Source: Paragordius varius (Eukaryota > Animalia > Nematomorpha). Taken from it: a stretch of 64,000 nt of DNA. Position numbers and translations under genes: made by a program. Below the pieces are notes generated by a model. That model searched no databases and was not told the DNA's origin. It worked only from the letters and a program-made list of their open reading frames with translations. Positions within the stretch are counted from its first letter, which is position 1; the number at the start of each line of letters is the position of its first letter. The DNA is taken from the NCBI GenBank assembly GCA_964247055.1, contig OZ176050.1, forward strand, positions 13,454,001-13,518,000, given 5' to 3'. Below are positions 1 to 12,438 of this stretch, piece after piece.

Positions 1-685
1 AAAACATTTAGGTTAGAAGAATACATTTTACCAAAACTTTTGATGGTATAAAATAATATCTATAATCATTTTTATATATTCTTAAAAAGGATCAGCATTA
101 TTACATTTAAATGTTCGACGATTTTTTTACCAAAATGGCCCGCTGTCCACATAGGTTCACAACTGTTTTCGACGCTTTACTTTTTAATATGCAACAGTAT
201 AATAATTTATGTAATCCCTATTATCCAATGATGAACAAACCTTTTGATCATTTTCATCAACAGCTGACTGCTTAGATTCAGTTTTTTAGTATTCTCTTAT
301 GTGCACGGAAATACCCAATTCTGTCGGATTTATAAAGCTGGGTTGCCTCCTAACCAAAATAAAAAAGCATAGCTTTCAAAACCCAATTAATTCTGTATAT
401 AAATTGTTTTAGCGCATCAGGATTAACGATTATGCTTGTTGTCATGAGAAAATACATTAGCTTATGGTAGAAAATTCCAAATAGTTGCCCATTAAACAAT
501 TTTTTTCTGTATTTTAATATTAATTTTGTCAGATAACTAATAAAATTATATTTACACCATACGCTATTGTAATTTGCATTGACATTAGAACACAAAAAGA
601 TTATGCATAAGTTGACTAATTGATTTTGATAGGACAAAGATCCTTGATTAAACCAAAATGTAATTATCATTAATAAGCTAAAATA

Positions 686-720
<35 letters not shown>

Positions 721-3700
721 CACCTTTTCTCATTATTTATTTATAGTGTAATGTGTTTTAATTAGGATAGCTTAGGAAATAATTATGCTGAATAATAAGG
801 GTAAAGGAACTTCATTTAACTTTAATGATTTTTTTGTTTAATTTTAAAGGAGGAACGTAAATAAACTTGTGATGCAACCACCTCGTTAGATAGTTAGTAT
901 TGGAAGAAAGATAATCAATTTTAATTAATTCCGTTTACATTCCTATCGGTTTTTAGAACTTATTCCAAATATTTTTTTAGATATTCGAGGGAGCTTTTGG
1001 GTATATTTTTTTATCATAGGAAATTTAATGTGGCTCAATTTTTTTTAATAAAAGTTAGCTTTACTTTGATAATGCAATCTCAACGAAAGAAATAAATTGT
1101 TTCAAAATCCATAAGTCGTCGTATAAAATAAGGATAAGTGAAATTCAGCACATAGAACCAGAAAATTAATGATATATATATTTTTCGATAAAAAACAATC
1201 AATTAAAGATTTATATCTGAACTATGCCTTTTAAAACCTATTAAAAAGCTAACATGGATTTTATAAACGTGGAATTACTATTACTGATGTTACCGCTTAA
1301 GTTTAAAGATTTTGATTATAAAACTTTGAATAAAACCGGTCTAATCATAAATATTTGCGATGATTGCTTCCTTTAATTTTCATATGATAAAAATTTGCAT
1401 AAGTAATTTATTATTTTATCATGGCCTTTCATCTATTTTCAGTTGTACTTTCAAAAACATTTTTTCATATAATTTTTGTTGATTTTACCATGACACATTG
1501 ACGAATATATTTTATGATAAAAAAATATCAAGATTCTCATAGCGCTTTTGATTTTGGGTCTTATAAGTAACTTAAGAAATTTAATACCACTTTTGTGGTT
1601 ATTGCTCCTCGAAAAATCGCAAAATTGCGCACAAAATGCTAACTAAATTTTACCTGAAAGCTATGCCTTATTCCAAAAAATATCCAAATACATCTTATGC
1701 TATATATATATAAAGATCAAAATAATATTTATATTAAATTTATGTGGGCTCCTAAAACCTCATGTTTTCGGACTCCTCTAAAACAGACAAGTTTTCTTAT
1801 GATAAACGCAAAAATGCCAAGGTCGCCCGATTAATATATGCTAGATTCTGAAAAAATATTATATGAAACATATGATATTTTACTCAAATAATAATTTTAA
1901 GCTTTGTTTTAGGATGTTTTATGGTATAAGTGTGCTGGAAATGTAAAAAGGCTTTAACATAAGACTTTTCTATCTAATTCAATTATGGTAAATCTAACAC
2001 TTCAAAAAAATTTAAAGGCAAACAAATCTTTTAATCGAAAATCGGAGTAAAATAAATACGTAGCTTTAGCCTTATATTTATTTAAAGGTGTTCTTTTAAT
2101 TTAAAGAGCTTTTATACAGTTTGAAAAACCATAAATTAAGTTTCATAAATTTTTCTGATAATTGAATTTTTAAGAAGAATATCCACAATTAAAAACTTTT
2201 TTTGATGTGATAATTTAGTTTTAGCATATTAATATTATCGCGAAATCTCTGGATTTTTTGTTTTTTAAGAACATTTTCCCATATTAGAGTTGAAAGTTCG
2301 AGACTTAGGGACTCACATCTAAATATGTAAAAATAATATAATGTTTGTTTTGCTTTTTGTGTATAATTTATTTATTAAAGTATTTTGAAATAAATCATTT
2401 TGCTTTCATTATAAAAATATTTTTAAAAATTTGCAATTTTTTGATCACCACAAAAGTGAGAATAATTTTCTTAAATCACTCGTAAGGGCAAAACTTAAAG
2501 CACCATTAAAATCCTGAAATATTCGTCTTTAAAAATTAATCACCAGCATATTTGCTTGTGTGCACTGTATTATTACAAGATATTCCCACACATATATATA
2601 TATATATATGCATTTTTATATATCTGTAGATTAAATACTAAGAATGGCTACCATAAAACGTGTCTACAAATGGTTAGCAAAATCTCTAATTTTCTGTATG
2701 TTATTGATTAATTTTAACCAAGAGTTGCTACCTCAATCTAAATTATGTGTTCAAGCCCGGAGTCTCATTGATAGAATTTCTTTCAATGATTACGACCAGG
2801 AGTATGCACCAAAATTTAAACGAAAAAAAATGACAAGAAAATTTAAAGCTGGGAAGGAACCTATGCCATTTATCATGGGAAGCTTTTCAAATATTCTTGC
2901 TTAAATCGAATTACATGTCGAAATTTAAAACTGTTCTTATCTAAAATTCGATTCACTTTTGCAATGAAATAAAAATAAACAATTACAGTGTCGTAAATGT
3001 GTTATGTAACTTATATTACTAAATAAATATAGTTTTAATTAACATATAATTAATATTTTTATGTGAAAAAATTATCATTTTAATTTATTAAAATCAAGTG
3101 GAATAAAAGAAAATATCATGCAAAATTTTATTGATATAATACAGTCGTATTCACCTAAATATTTCTAAGGGCCGCAAAAAATAATTGTCTTGTCTCAAGA
3201 GCCATGCACTATGTATAACCTAAAATTTTATAGTAACACATAAGAAGATATTTATACTCGAATAAAGTATATAAAATTTAATATATGAATCAGGGCCATA
3301 AAAAAGCATTTTTAGGGCTGCATACGGTCTGTGGCGCATGGTATGAGTATTTGTATAATATATGAGAATATTAATAAATTCATAGCAAGAACATTTTAAT
3401 CATGTTTTCGAACTAAAACACTTCATTATTTTTCTTTTACTTTACCCCAAGGTTTTGATAAAACCGGAGTTGGTTCTTAAAATTTAAAAATGTAACAAAA
3501 TTTTTAAAATTTTGGATTCGCAATCAAAATGGCTCAAACAACGGAGGTCCATGAAAACAGAATTAAGGTTTTCGTTCAATGTAATACCGGTTGTGAACCA
3601 TACTTTTTACCCTTATTATATGTGTAAATATTTAATAACTCATGCATCTCTCAACGCCCCAAGATTGGCATACTAATAAGGATATCATTTTTTGACAGCA

Positions 3701-4214
3701 CAACCATATTTCACATATGATTATAATATTGAGAAGTTATTTAATGACTTAGCCTTATAAATATTTTTTTAGTTTAATCCAATAAAACCTCAAATTACAC
3801 CTCAATCATTTGATATTTATTCTTAACATGTCGAATTCCTAATAAACCTTTATTCACTGTAAAAATAATTGTGTTTCTGAGCTAAATAAATTTGATTTGT
3901 TTTTGGCATGGTTAATCCTTTTTCTGTTTCCTTACCCTAGTAAACATTTAAAAAATATAAAATTTTGTTTAATTTTAAAGGAGGGCTGGTTTTAATTTAT
4001 TAAAAGTAATCGTTTAAAAAATTATCACACTTTCATAAAAATGACAAAATTTAAACAATACTAAAATAAAATTTAAAGATTTACGGGGATGACGTGTTTA
4101 AGAAAGAATAACCTTATAGGGCAGCTCTCCCTAAGCGATAATTGTTTATCTTAAAAAGTAATTAAGGAAAGCAAAATCTAAAAATATGCATTTTATAGCT
4201 TTTTAGCGCAGTTA

Positions 4215-5535
4215 TAGAATCTTTATAAATGGGTGGCTTTGGGATCTGTTTCCGGAAAACCTACAGACCCATTCAAATACAAATGTCGAAAAAATATAAT
4301 CATTAATGAATACCCCGACAATAGCTTCCCCCTTTTTTTATTAGGTCCCTAGTTCAGGCCCACCCCGTGTAAAAAACGGGTTTTTTTGAAAACAGTAGTC
4401 CACAAAAATCGTGTCTTTGAGACAATTTTCCGGAGAACGTGTTGGACCATTCAATTTTAAATATAAAATTTGTTTAGTTATTTTCGATTGCGCCCAACAT
4501 AGTCGGGTCGCTTTTTTAATTTAGGCCCTCTTTTTACCTGGTCCCCCTGTAAAATGCCACTTTCTAAAAAAAATAAGTCCACAAAAATAATTGTTTGAAT
4601 CTATTTTTCGCCCAAAGTATGAGACCGTAAAAATTCAATAAGAATTCCAGGTATTCCCTGTTAAAAGGCAAAAATTTTAGTCAAGCGTTTCTTTGATGAT
4701 AGCTGCTGGTTAAGGAAACCCGCTAAAAACTGACCCATCATATCGAAATAAAGTGCTTTTGGGGCTAAATTTCAGAAAACCTATCACGCCATATGAGTTC
4801 TATAGCTGCTTAAAATATTACCCGTAACAAGGCAAAAATTTAGATCGTGCCGTTTCTTAAAATTAGTCGTTAATTAGGTACTTCGCGCAGTGAAAAATGC
4901 GCCACCATAGAATGATTTTTTAATTTAAGGCAATTTTTCCAAAAACTAATGAGAGAATATGGAATCAATCATGATTCCAGGTATTCTCCGTAAAAAGGTC
5001 AAAAATTTAATCAAGCGCATTTTTGTATTAGCCTCTGGGTAAGATGCTACCCGCCAAAAACTGCGCCACTATATAGAAATTGCGTTGTTTTGGAACTAAT
5101 ATAAAGTAAACTTATGCCATAGGAGCTCATTTTAAGTTCGAAATATTACCCTTAACTAGGTAAAAAGGCCAGGCTTTTTTATTAGCTGTTAATTTGGTGC
5201 CTTTATGCCCTAGAAATATGCCATCATATAACCATTATTTAGTGTTGAAAATTTTTCGAATAACCCATGAGACTATGGTCTCAAAGATTATTCCAAATAT
5301 TTTCCCTATAAAGGCAAAAAATTTAGCATAGCGCTTTTTCCATATAGGTCATGGGTAGGGGTATACCGGTTTAAAACTGAGATGCCATCTAAAATGGCGT
5401 GGCTTTGGAGCTAATTTTCAAAAAACTTAAGAATCTATACGAGTTCAATAAAGGCTTTAAATATTACCCATAAAAAGGTCAAACTTATAGTATAGCGTTT
5501 TCCGTTAGCCGTCAATTTGGGCCTTTGCACCAGTA
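4215..5535. repeat. Diverged tandem array, ~320-bp dimer of ~160-bp monomers, with a leading segment also found at 44475-44860
   Basis: The motif attccaggtattc..aaaaggcaaaaattt recurs at ~4646, ~4972 and ~5289; the related aaatattaccc..aagg recurs at ~4812, ~5141 and ~5458. Confidence 0.85.
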
Positions 5536-5549
5536 AACAATATATTAAT

Positions 5550-5790
5550 TAAATAAAGACGATATTTTGCAAAAATTTTGTAAAATAAAAATGGCGTCGA
5601 AATAGTTTGACATGAAACTTTTTTTTCAAAACAAAATTTTGATTAGATATTTTGGCATATTTATATAATTTTTATTAGGATAGAAGCATTAATTTAAATT
5701 GGGGCCGTGTCTTTCAGTAATTTTTTATAAAACCTAACTTAGATACCCCAATTTGAATCGAAGTGTTAAAAATAAGCTGTTCATTTTGAT
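5550..5790. repeat. Dispersed repeat, second copy at ~36310-36560
   Basis: Shared gacgatattttgcaaaaa..aaaatggcgtcgaa..ttttggcatatttatataatttttattaggatagaagcatt. Confidence 0.85.
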
Positions 5791-6128
5791 GGCAAATATT
5801 AATTTGTAGATTTACAAAACTGATAAACACTTAAGTATTATATATTCATATATAATATTTTTTATTTATATTTGGTCAAATACTTTTTATTATTGTAGTG
5901 TATTTCGATATACAACTCTCTGGGACAAATAACACCACATAATTTTTTTAAAAATTTTTAAAGGAAGCTAATTTATTGACTTATTCAATACATGGCTGGA
6001 GAAATTGCAAAATCTTATTACAAACTTGTTTTAAATACCTTTACTATCCTATTTATTTCGGAAGATATATATTGACTGATTACGCATTGTTGGCATATGA
6101 TAACACGAAGGTAAAAGTATAAAAAAGC

Positions 6129-8826
6129 ATGCCTAAAAAATTCAAGAGTAACAATTACGACAAACATCAATTAATTATTATACTTGAGAAGGCATCTTTA
6201 GAGCTGATAAAAGTATATATTTTGAATTATTTATTAGGTAGGTAAAGATAATCAATTACTAAACATCGATAAACATAAAGGTATTGTAAATAAGAAAAAT
6301 CATGATCTTGCGAATTTGAGACCAGACATTGTACACCAAGTAAAAAACATAATATTAATTTTAGTGTTTATTAATGCTTATGGATAGTCCTTTGAATTTA
6401 TCGGGACATTTAAAAGTTTACATACACACTCAATCGAATATTTTGATAGAAATTAATCCACTTACCCGAATTCCCAGAACTTTTGATAGATTTTGTGGAC
6501 TGATGGGTAGTTTATATCGTGATGATTTTTAAAAAATGTGTCTTTAAGTTATCAGTTAGCATATTGTTTTTATTATAATTTAAATTAATTTCATTTGGCA
6601 GCAATTATTTATCCTAATAAAAATAATTTTTCTTGTCGGAATACAAACAGATATTTAAAATAATATTGAAGATGTTTTACAACATATAATAGGGCAACTT
6701 ATAAAGTCATCGTTGCAGTATAAGATTGATAAACCTTATGAATGAATTTTAACTAATCAAAAAACTCCGGTTTTAATTTTTTTAAAGCTTGCTACTATTA
6801 ATATTATATATTGTTTTGAGTTAAAAGTGAATTAAAAATCGTTTTTACATAGTATTACGTAATTTATTAACATGATTTAAGGAAAATTGGATTTTGCATT
6901 CCTAATCACTATTTTAATTGCTAAACACTTAATCACTTTTTCAGATTTGAAAAAAAATTATGATATTGATATATATTTAAAAATATTCATTCATGGCTCT
7001 ATAAGCGCATATTTAAAAAATAATAATATTTTAATGAATGTAAAATAATATCTAATACTTTTTACCACCCAATAATTTATCTGTATTTTATGTTGAATCC
7101 CCAAACTAGCAAAAACATTTGCTGAAAAATAAATTTAATTAATTTTTATTTAAACACCAATTTTTATTTAATGATTTCAAATGTTGTTTGTTCCATCTAT
7201 TATTAATCCAAATTTTACATCGTTGAAGTTCCAATGCAACGAATAAAGCTCATTTATTTGACAGATAATTATATTGTTTTTGATGATTATTTTGGTTTAA
7301 TACCTTATATTAATATTATATTTGCAAATTACTATGGTCAAAAAAACACCTAAATAAATATTATTTGTTTAAATATATTTCAAATGAAATTTTACATAAA
7401 TTAATTAATAAATACTTTTTATTATATACAGTTCGCATTTTAATGGTTGCTTATTTCACACTATAGCTGGACGGCTATTTACAACACGTGTGTGAAAAAA
7501 ACAAAATGTTAATAAACAATTTTTTTTCCTTTTTCCATACACTACTGTTCTTGCGAATCGCCCAACTATAGTGTGTGAAAGAAGCAACCATTAAAATGCA
7601 TACTGTAAAGCTAAAAAATCTCAGTTACAAATTTTATTTAGTTCAACTTTTACAAGATTTATCCATACAATCAGCCCAAAACAATGAAACATTGTTAAAA
7701 ATTATAAAGAATCCAGTTACTAATTACTTACCGCTCGATTTCAAAAAGTTTGGTACCTCATGCAATGCTGCAACAATCCTTAAACAAAATGAATTCGTTG
7801 AATTTGTACAGGGCTCTGATAACGGTTTCGTGTTTGTCATAGGAGCCATGGCCCATGGCTCAGTATTTTACATATGATTTTTTTCATTTTTCAAATTAAG
7901 TTTGGTTATTCAAACTAAATTTGAATTTTTCTATATTTAATTGTTGGTTTTGAATAAAATCAGAATTTTTGTATTCCTTAATGATTAAAGGTTTAAAATG
8001 TTAAACACATAGTCAAACCTCTTGATTCTATACATAATTTTTTAGCTATCTTATTACTTTATTTTGTAAAAAAATATATTTTTGGATACTTTCACGTGCA
8101 TAAATGGTCTGAAAATTGTTTTTTTATTGGAAAAATTTGATAACATGTTGAAAAGGCTTAACTTAGATTAAATCATTATTGTAGCTTTGTTATAAATTTT
8201 TTTCCGTATATTTTTAATTTTATGCTGGTATGGTATGTTGATATTTACTAACTATAAATTTAGCAAAATATATTTTACCGTCCATTGAGGTTTGACTGTT
8301 TAAATCTTAAAGGTATACACATGCTTTATTTTCTTTTATATAACCTTAAAATTTAATTATTCCATTGATTTAATACTTTGTAAATTACAAAATATTATAG
8401 TAAAAATTTAATAGGACAAAACGTAAAAATCTAAAGACATATATTTTTTTCTAAAAGACAACCATACTTTTGAAACCTTAATTTTTCCTCTATAAATTAT
8501 CTAATTACGAATGTAAGATATAAAATTGATTGTGTTAGTAATATATATCTATATTTTACACTTTTCAATATTAAATAATGAGTTATAATAAAAAAAATCA
8601 AGGTATTAAACATATGGTTGCCTTTTAAAAAAAATATTCATCTATATATTTTTACATTTTGTCCGTATAATTTCAATTTTTACTGAAAATAAAAATTATA
8701 TATATGTTTTAGATAAATGTCGATTACACCGAAGATCAGATTAGTATGAGTCAATACCCCCTTTCTGCAGCTCTAACATGCTCCAAAATATGCAACCTAT
8801 TTGAACAAGCTTGGAATATTTTTTGA
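6129..8826 (+). CDS. EMG1: Ribosomal RNA small subunit methyltransferase NEP1/EMG1 (SPOUT family), 5 exons
   Basis: Exons 6129-6212, 6238-6339, 6365-6506, 7642-7862, 8713-8826 join in phase with GT-AG introns. Motifs [61 protein letters not shown] and [12 protein letters not shown] match EMG1. Confidence 0.97.
7429..7605. mobile_element. TA-flanked MITE family M (TIR CAGTATGCATTTTAATGGTTGCTTATTTCACAC), Tc1/mariner-like
   Basis: ~35-bp TIRs with TA on both sides, located in EMG1 intron 3. Other copies at 54093-54290, 55284-55487, 55951-56114 and ~58369-58536. Confidence 0.85.
8398..8685. mobile_element. TA-flanked MITE family T (TIR CAGTAAAAA.TGAAATTATACGGACAAAACGTAAAAA)
   Basis: Inverted termini and shared interior with 21617-21897, 24681-24914, 41246-41493, 52910-53215 and 58207-58875. 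Confidence 0.8.
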
Positions 8827-9221
8827 TATATTATAAATTTATGTCAATTTTTTATAATGTTATATATTTTTTTTCGTAAAAAAATGGGCGAAAAATATAT
8901 GTTATAAAATAAAATTCATAAATGATTATTTTCTATTAATAAGGCTTGTTCTAGGATTACCGTGAATTTTAACCTTGCAAATTTTAATAAAAAATCGAAC
9001 GATTTGATAAAATATTAATGAATGATCAAATGTGTCAAAATTAATGTTAAGATTTGAATTAAATTTTCGCGATAATTATATATTTAATCGCTTTGATTCC
9101 ATATAATCGTAAAAAATCAAGGTTAACCGCATTTTAGAATAGGCCTTCATTTAAATATATATATATATATAATATATACTCTAAAATTATTTAATATCAT
9201 GTCATAAAAGGTAAAAAATAT

Positions 9222-12200
9222 TTATTTGATAATATCTTTGACAAGTATGTCTTGATTTGAAACAGCAGGGCGCAATTTATCGTAATCAAGAATCCATTTT
9301 CCTAAATTTCCGGATCTAAATGCACTTACAAAAAGAGTGGCGGCAGATTCAATATCGGGCTTGTATTCATAAAATTTGGGTTTCGTTCCACCTGTTTAAT
9401 AAAAAAAAAAACCATTAAATGCATAATATAACCGTCAAGAATAAAACCGTCAAAAAACTTTAAATACTTCATATAAAAATAAAAATATATACTGTCATCA
9501 GATTGATTTCGATGTGATGTTCTCAAGGTTGATGAGATAGTATTATTGATGGCAGGTGTAATTGGACATTTAATAAAAAACCCATTTGCAAAAGCCAAAC
9601 GAATTAACCAACTTATTATATCATCGGTCGGTCCAGTATCCGTTAACATATCCAAATAGGGTTCAAAGTTTAACAAAGTATCATCGCAATTATTATTAAC
9701 GAGGATGTCTTTTTTCTTATTATCAAAAAATTTCTTTTTTAAAGCCTTTTCTAATTCTCTATAATTGTAGTTTTGACCATTTTTAAGTTGTGTCAGTTGG
9801 TCAATAGTATTTGAATCAATGGGTAAATTTAAAGCCCTATTGTCCGTATAATAATTTGGTTTGTGACGAGAACAATACATTTTATCGAGATCAGCTGATT
9901 TATTCAACCAAAAAAGGAGATAATCTGCAATGTTTCTCAAACCTACCACGTCATCCCTAAAGGTTGAACAAAGGGCAAGACGCATAGCAGTTTCTAAATC
10001 AGGGATTTTAGGCGCCATTATTCCGGGCGTATCAATGACAAAAATCTTTGGACTGGGGTAAACGAGGATTTTGTTTAGGACAGACCGTGTAACTCCGGCA
10101 TATGGACCTTTATATGAATAAAAAATTATTAGAATAAAGATGGATGATTCGTTTATATAATAGATTTTAATATCTAAACACACACATACACATTTTGATA
10201 TAGGAGGCCTGCGAGAAACATCAAAAATTTTACGAAGTTTGATGAAAATTATTTTTGCTAAACAAATTTTCTAATGAATCTTTCCAAATTATGGCAATGA
10301 ACCAACAAAATATAACTAGTTGTTTTTACAATCCTATGTCCTAAATCTAATAAAATAGTTGTTAATACCCATATATATATATATTCGAATTCGGCCCGCG
10401 AAGCCAATTGTGGTAGACACCCCTGATATAGAACAAATTTTGGGGCGTTTGTTTAAATACCTTAGAGATAATATAAAGATGTATTATGATATAAAAAATT
10501 GGTTATTTACAGTTTAATACAAATCATGTTAGTATCTAAAAAGAATTTTATTAAATATAAATCGATTATCGTAAATAAAAACATTTTTAATTGGCAATTT
10601 TTCGTCTGTTTTCAACGTCATAAAATTGAAATAAAAACTCATTAGTTCGTTTTAATCGATTGAGAAAAATTTTCAGGTAATTTTTGGCGTAATGGACACG
10701 CATTATTACCAAAATTTTTACTGTTTTTACTTTAACACAACTATATAGTATAGACCTTAAAATTCATCACGGACCTCAAAACATGTATAAAATCAGAGAG
10801 AAGCCTTATTAAACAATTTCTAAAACCATGTGTGATACACCATTTACAGTTAATTTTACCCTTAAACAATTCAAATTCACCCTTGGAACTATTGGAATTC
10901 ACCCTAAAATTATTGTATTTTTTAAGATTAAATACTATCTATATTTTATATTAAAAAAAAAATTTTGTTTCTAATCAAAATAATACTAAAAAAATAATAA
11001 ACTTTGCCATAAAATTCATTTCATATTAATGATGAGTTATATTAGCCATAATTTATTTTTAGGGTGAATTTGAATTAAGGGTGAATTAAATTGTTCAAGG
11101 CTTAATTTGAATCGTTCAAGGGTGAATTTAAATTGTTCAAGGGAGAATTTAAATTGTTCGAGGGTGAATTTTAATTGTAAATGATATATATCTAAAAAAC
11201 TGCTGTTTGTACAATTAATTGGTTACTAAAATAAATTTAGCACAAATTATATAATCATATATTTTGGTGAAAGAAAAACCCTTAAAATGTGACAAAAAGA
11301 AATAAAAGTGTAATCAAGTAAACCTTCCGGAGTAGCGCTTTTTTTATGGAGATAAATGTGTCGGAAAGCATTTAACAGCGATGATTTGCCGACATTTGGG
11401 ACACCCATGATCATTAGGTTGAAATCTTTGCAATCTTCCCGATTATATCTAACTATCCATAAAACGAAAAAATATTAAAAATTCAAAATTTAATTAATCA
11501 AATATTCAAATAAATGCAGGTTATATGATTATTATTAAGAATGAAATGCTTTTGAAAAAATTGATAAAAAATTGCAAAAATCCGTTTTGAAACGGTTAAT
11601 GCATCGTAATCTGATGGTTATAAATTTTTTTACTCTTTTTATCCTTTTTTCGTTATATAATTAAATGTTACCTTGTTTAATATTGTTTACTAATATATTT
11701 GAATCATAAAATCATATTTTTTTAGATTCCAAGAAATTAACAAAATTTTTTTTGATATTTCTGGTAATATAGCTAAAATAATAATAGAAAACCACGGACC
11801 AAAAACAAAAAAGTCAGAACCAAAAGTTAAATTAAATTTTTCGACAAATCATAATTGAAAATATAGAACCGAAACGAAAAACATTTTTGGTTTATCATTT
11901 TTGCTATAATAAACAATATAACCTATCATTCGTCTTAAAATAATGGATGACGGTTGGTATGATTTTCTTTAAGGTAATATCCTGCAAATTTTTGGCATTG
12001 GTATATAACACATCAATAATGCCATCGTCCTCGCTTTGTATTTGCCGTCTGATATCCGCTTGATGACTCATTGGAATCAGATCTTTTTTATTTAAAACTA
12101 TTACGATAAAATATTCATGTTATACCTAAGATTCTTGGTTTAATACCCAACAAATTTTTGAGGTTAGGATTCCGACCGCTAAATGGGATTCTAGCGTCAT

Positions 12201-12345
12201 GAACTTCAATTAAAAAATCCATAGCTCTCAATTTAGCTTGCATTTGTTTGAAACCTTAAAGGTTATTTATTATTAATGCCTTACTGTTCATCATATGCCG
12301 CGGATACCAAGATATTTTTTCTTGCAATTCAAACGCACGCCGCAT
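9222..12345 (-). CDS. MTG1: Mitochondrial ribosome-associated GTPase 1 (circularly permuted YlqF/RbgA family), 6 exons
   Basis: Exons 12345-12285, 12254-12126, 12097-11923, 11448-11324, 10107-9493, 9391-9222 are all phase-compatible. Motifs WYPRHM, IEVHDARIPFSGRNP, LNKKDL, GVPNVGKSS (P-loop), DTPG, ADYLLFWLNK and FRSGNLG. Confidence 0.95.
10840..11184. mobile_element. TATA|CCATTT...AAATGG|TATA element, subfamily A (21-bp aattcacccttgaacaattca subrepeats)
   Basis: Inverted termini with tandem 21-mers. Other copies at 15451-15712, 19811-20031, 22592-22876, 39709-39968 and 53566-53675. Confidence 0.85.
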
Positions 12346-12438
12346 CGTTTATGCTCCACCTTTTGTTATCATACACTCATTTACGCAATATGATAAATAC
12401 GACACCTCACTCTGCTTGAGAATCGCAAATTTTTGCAA
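12346..12438. promoter_or_regulatory. Compact bidirectional promoter / 5' UTR region between MTG1 and EPS8
   Basis: 93 bp between the divergent first in-frame ATGs, each with an in-frame stop shortly upstream. Promoter function is inferred from geometry only. Confidence 0.55.

Noticed and set aside
2644-2904. 86-aa plus-strand ORF
   Set aside because: No recognisable motif, no supporting splice structure, and it lies among repeats; likely chance.
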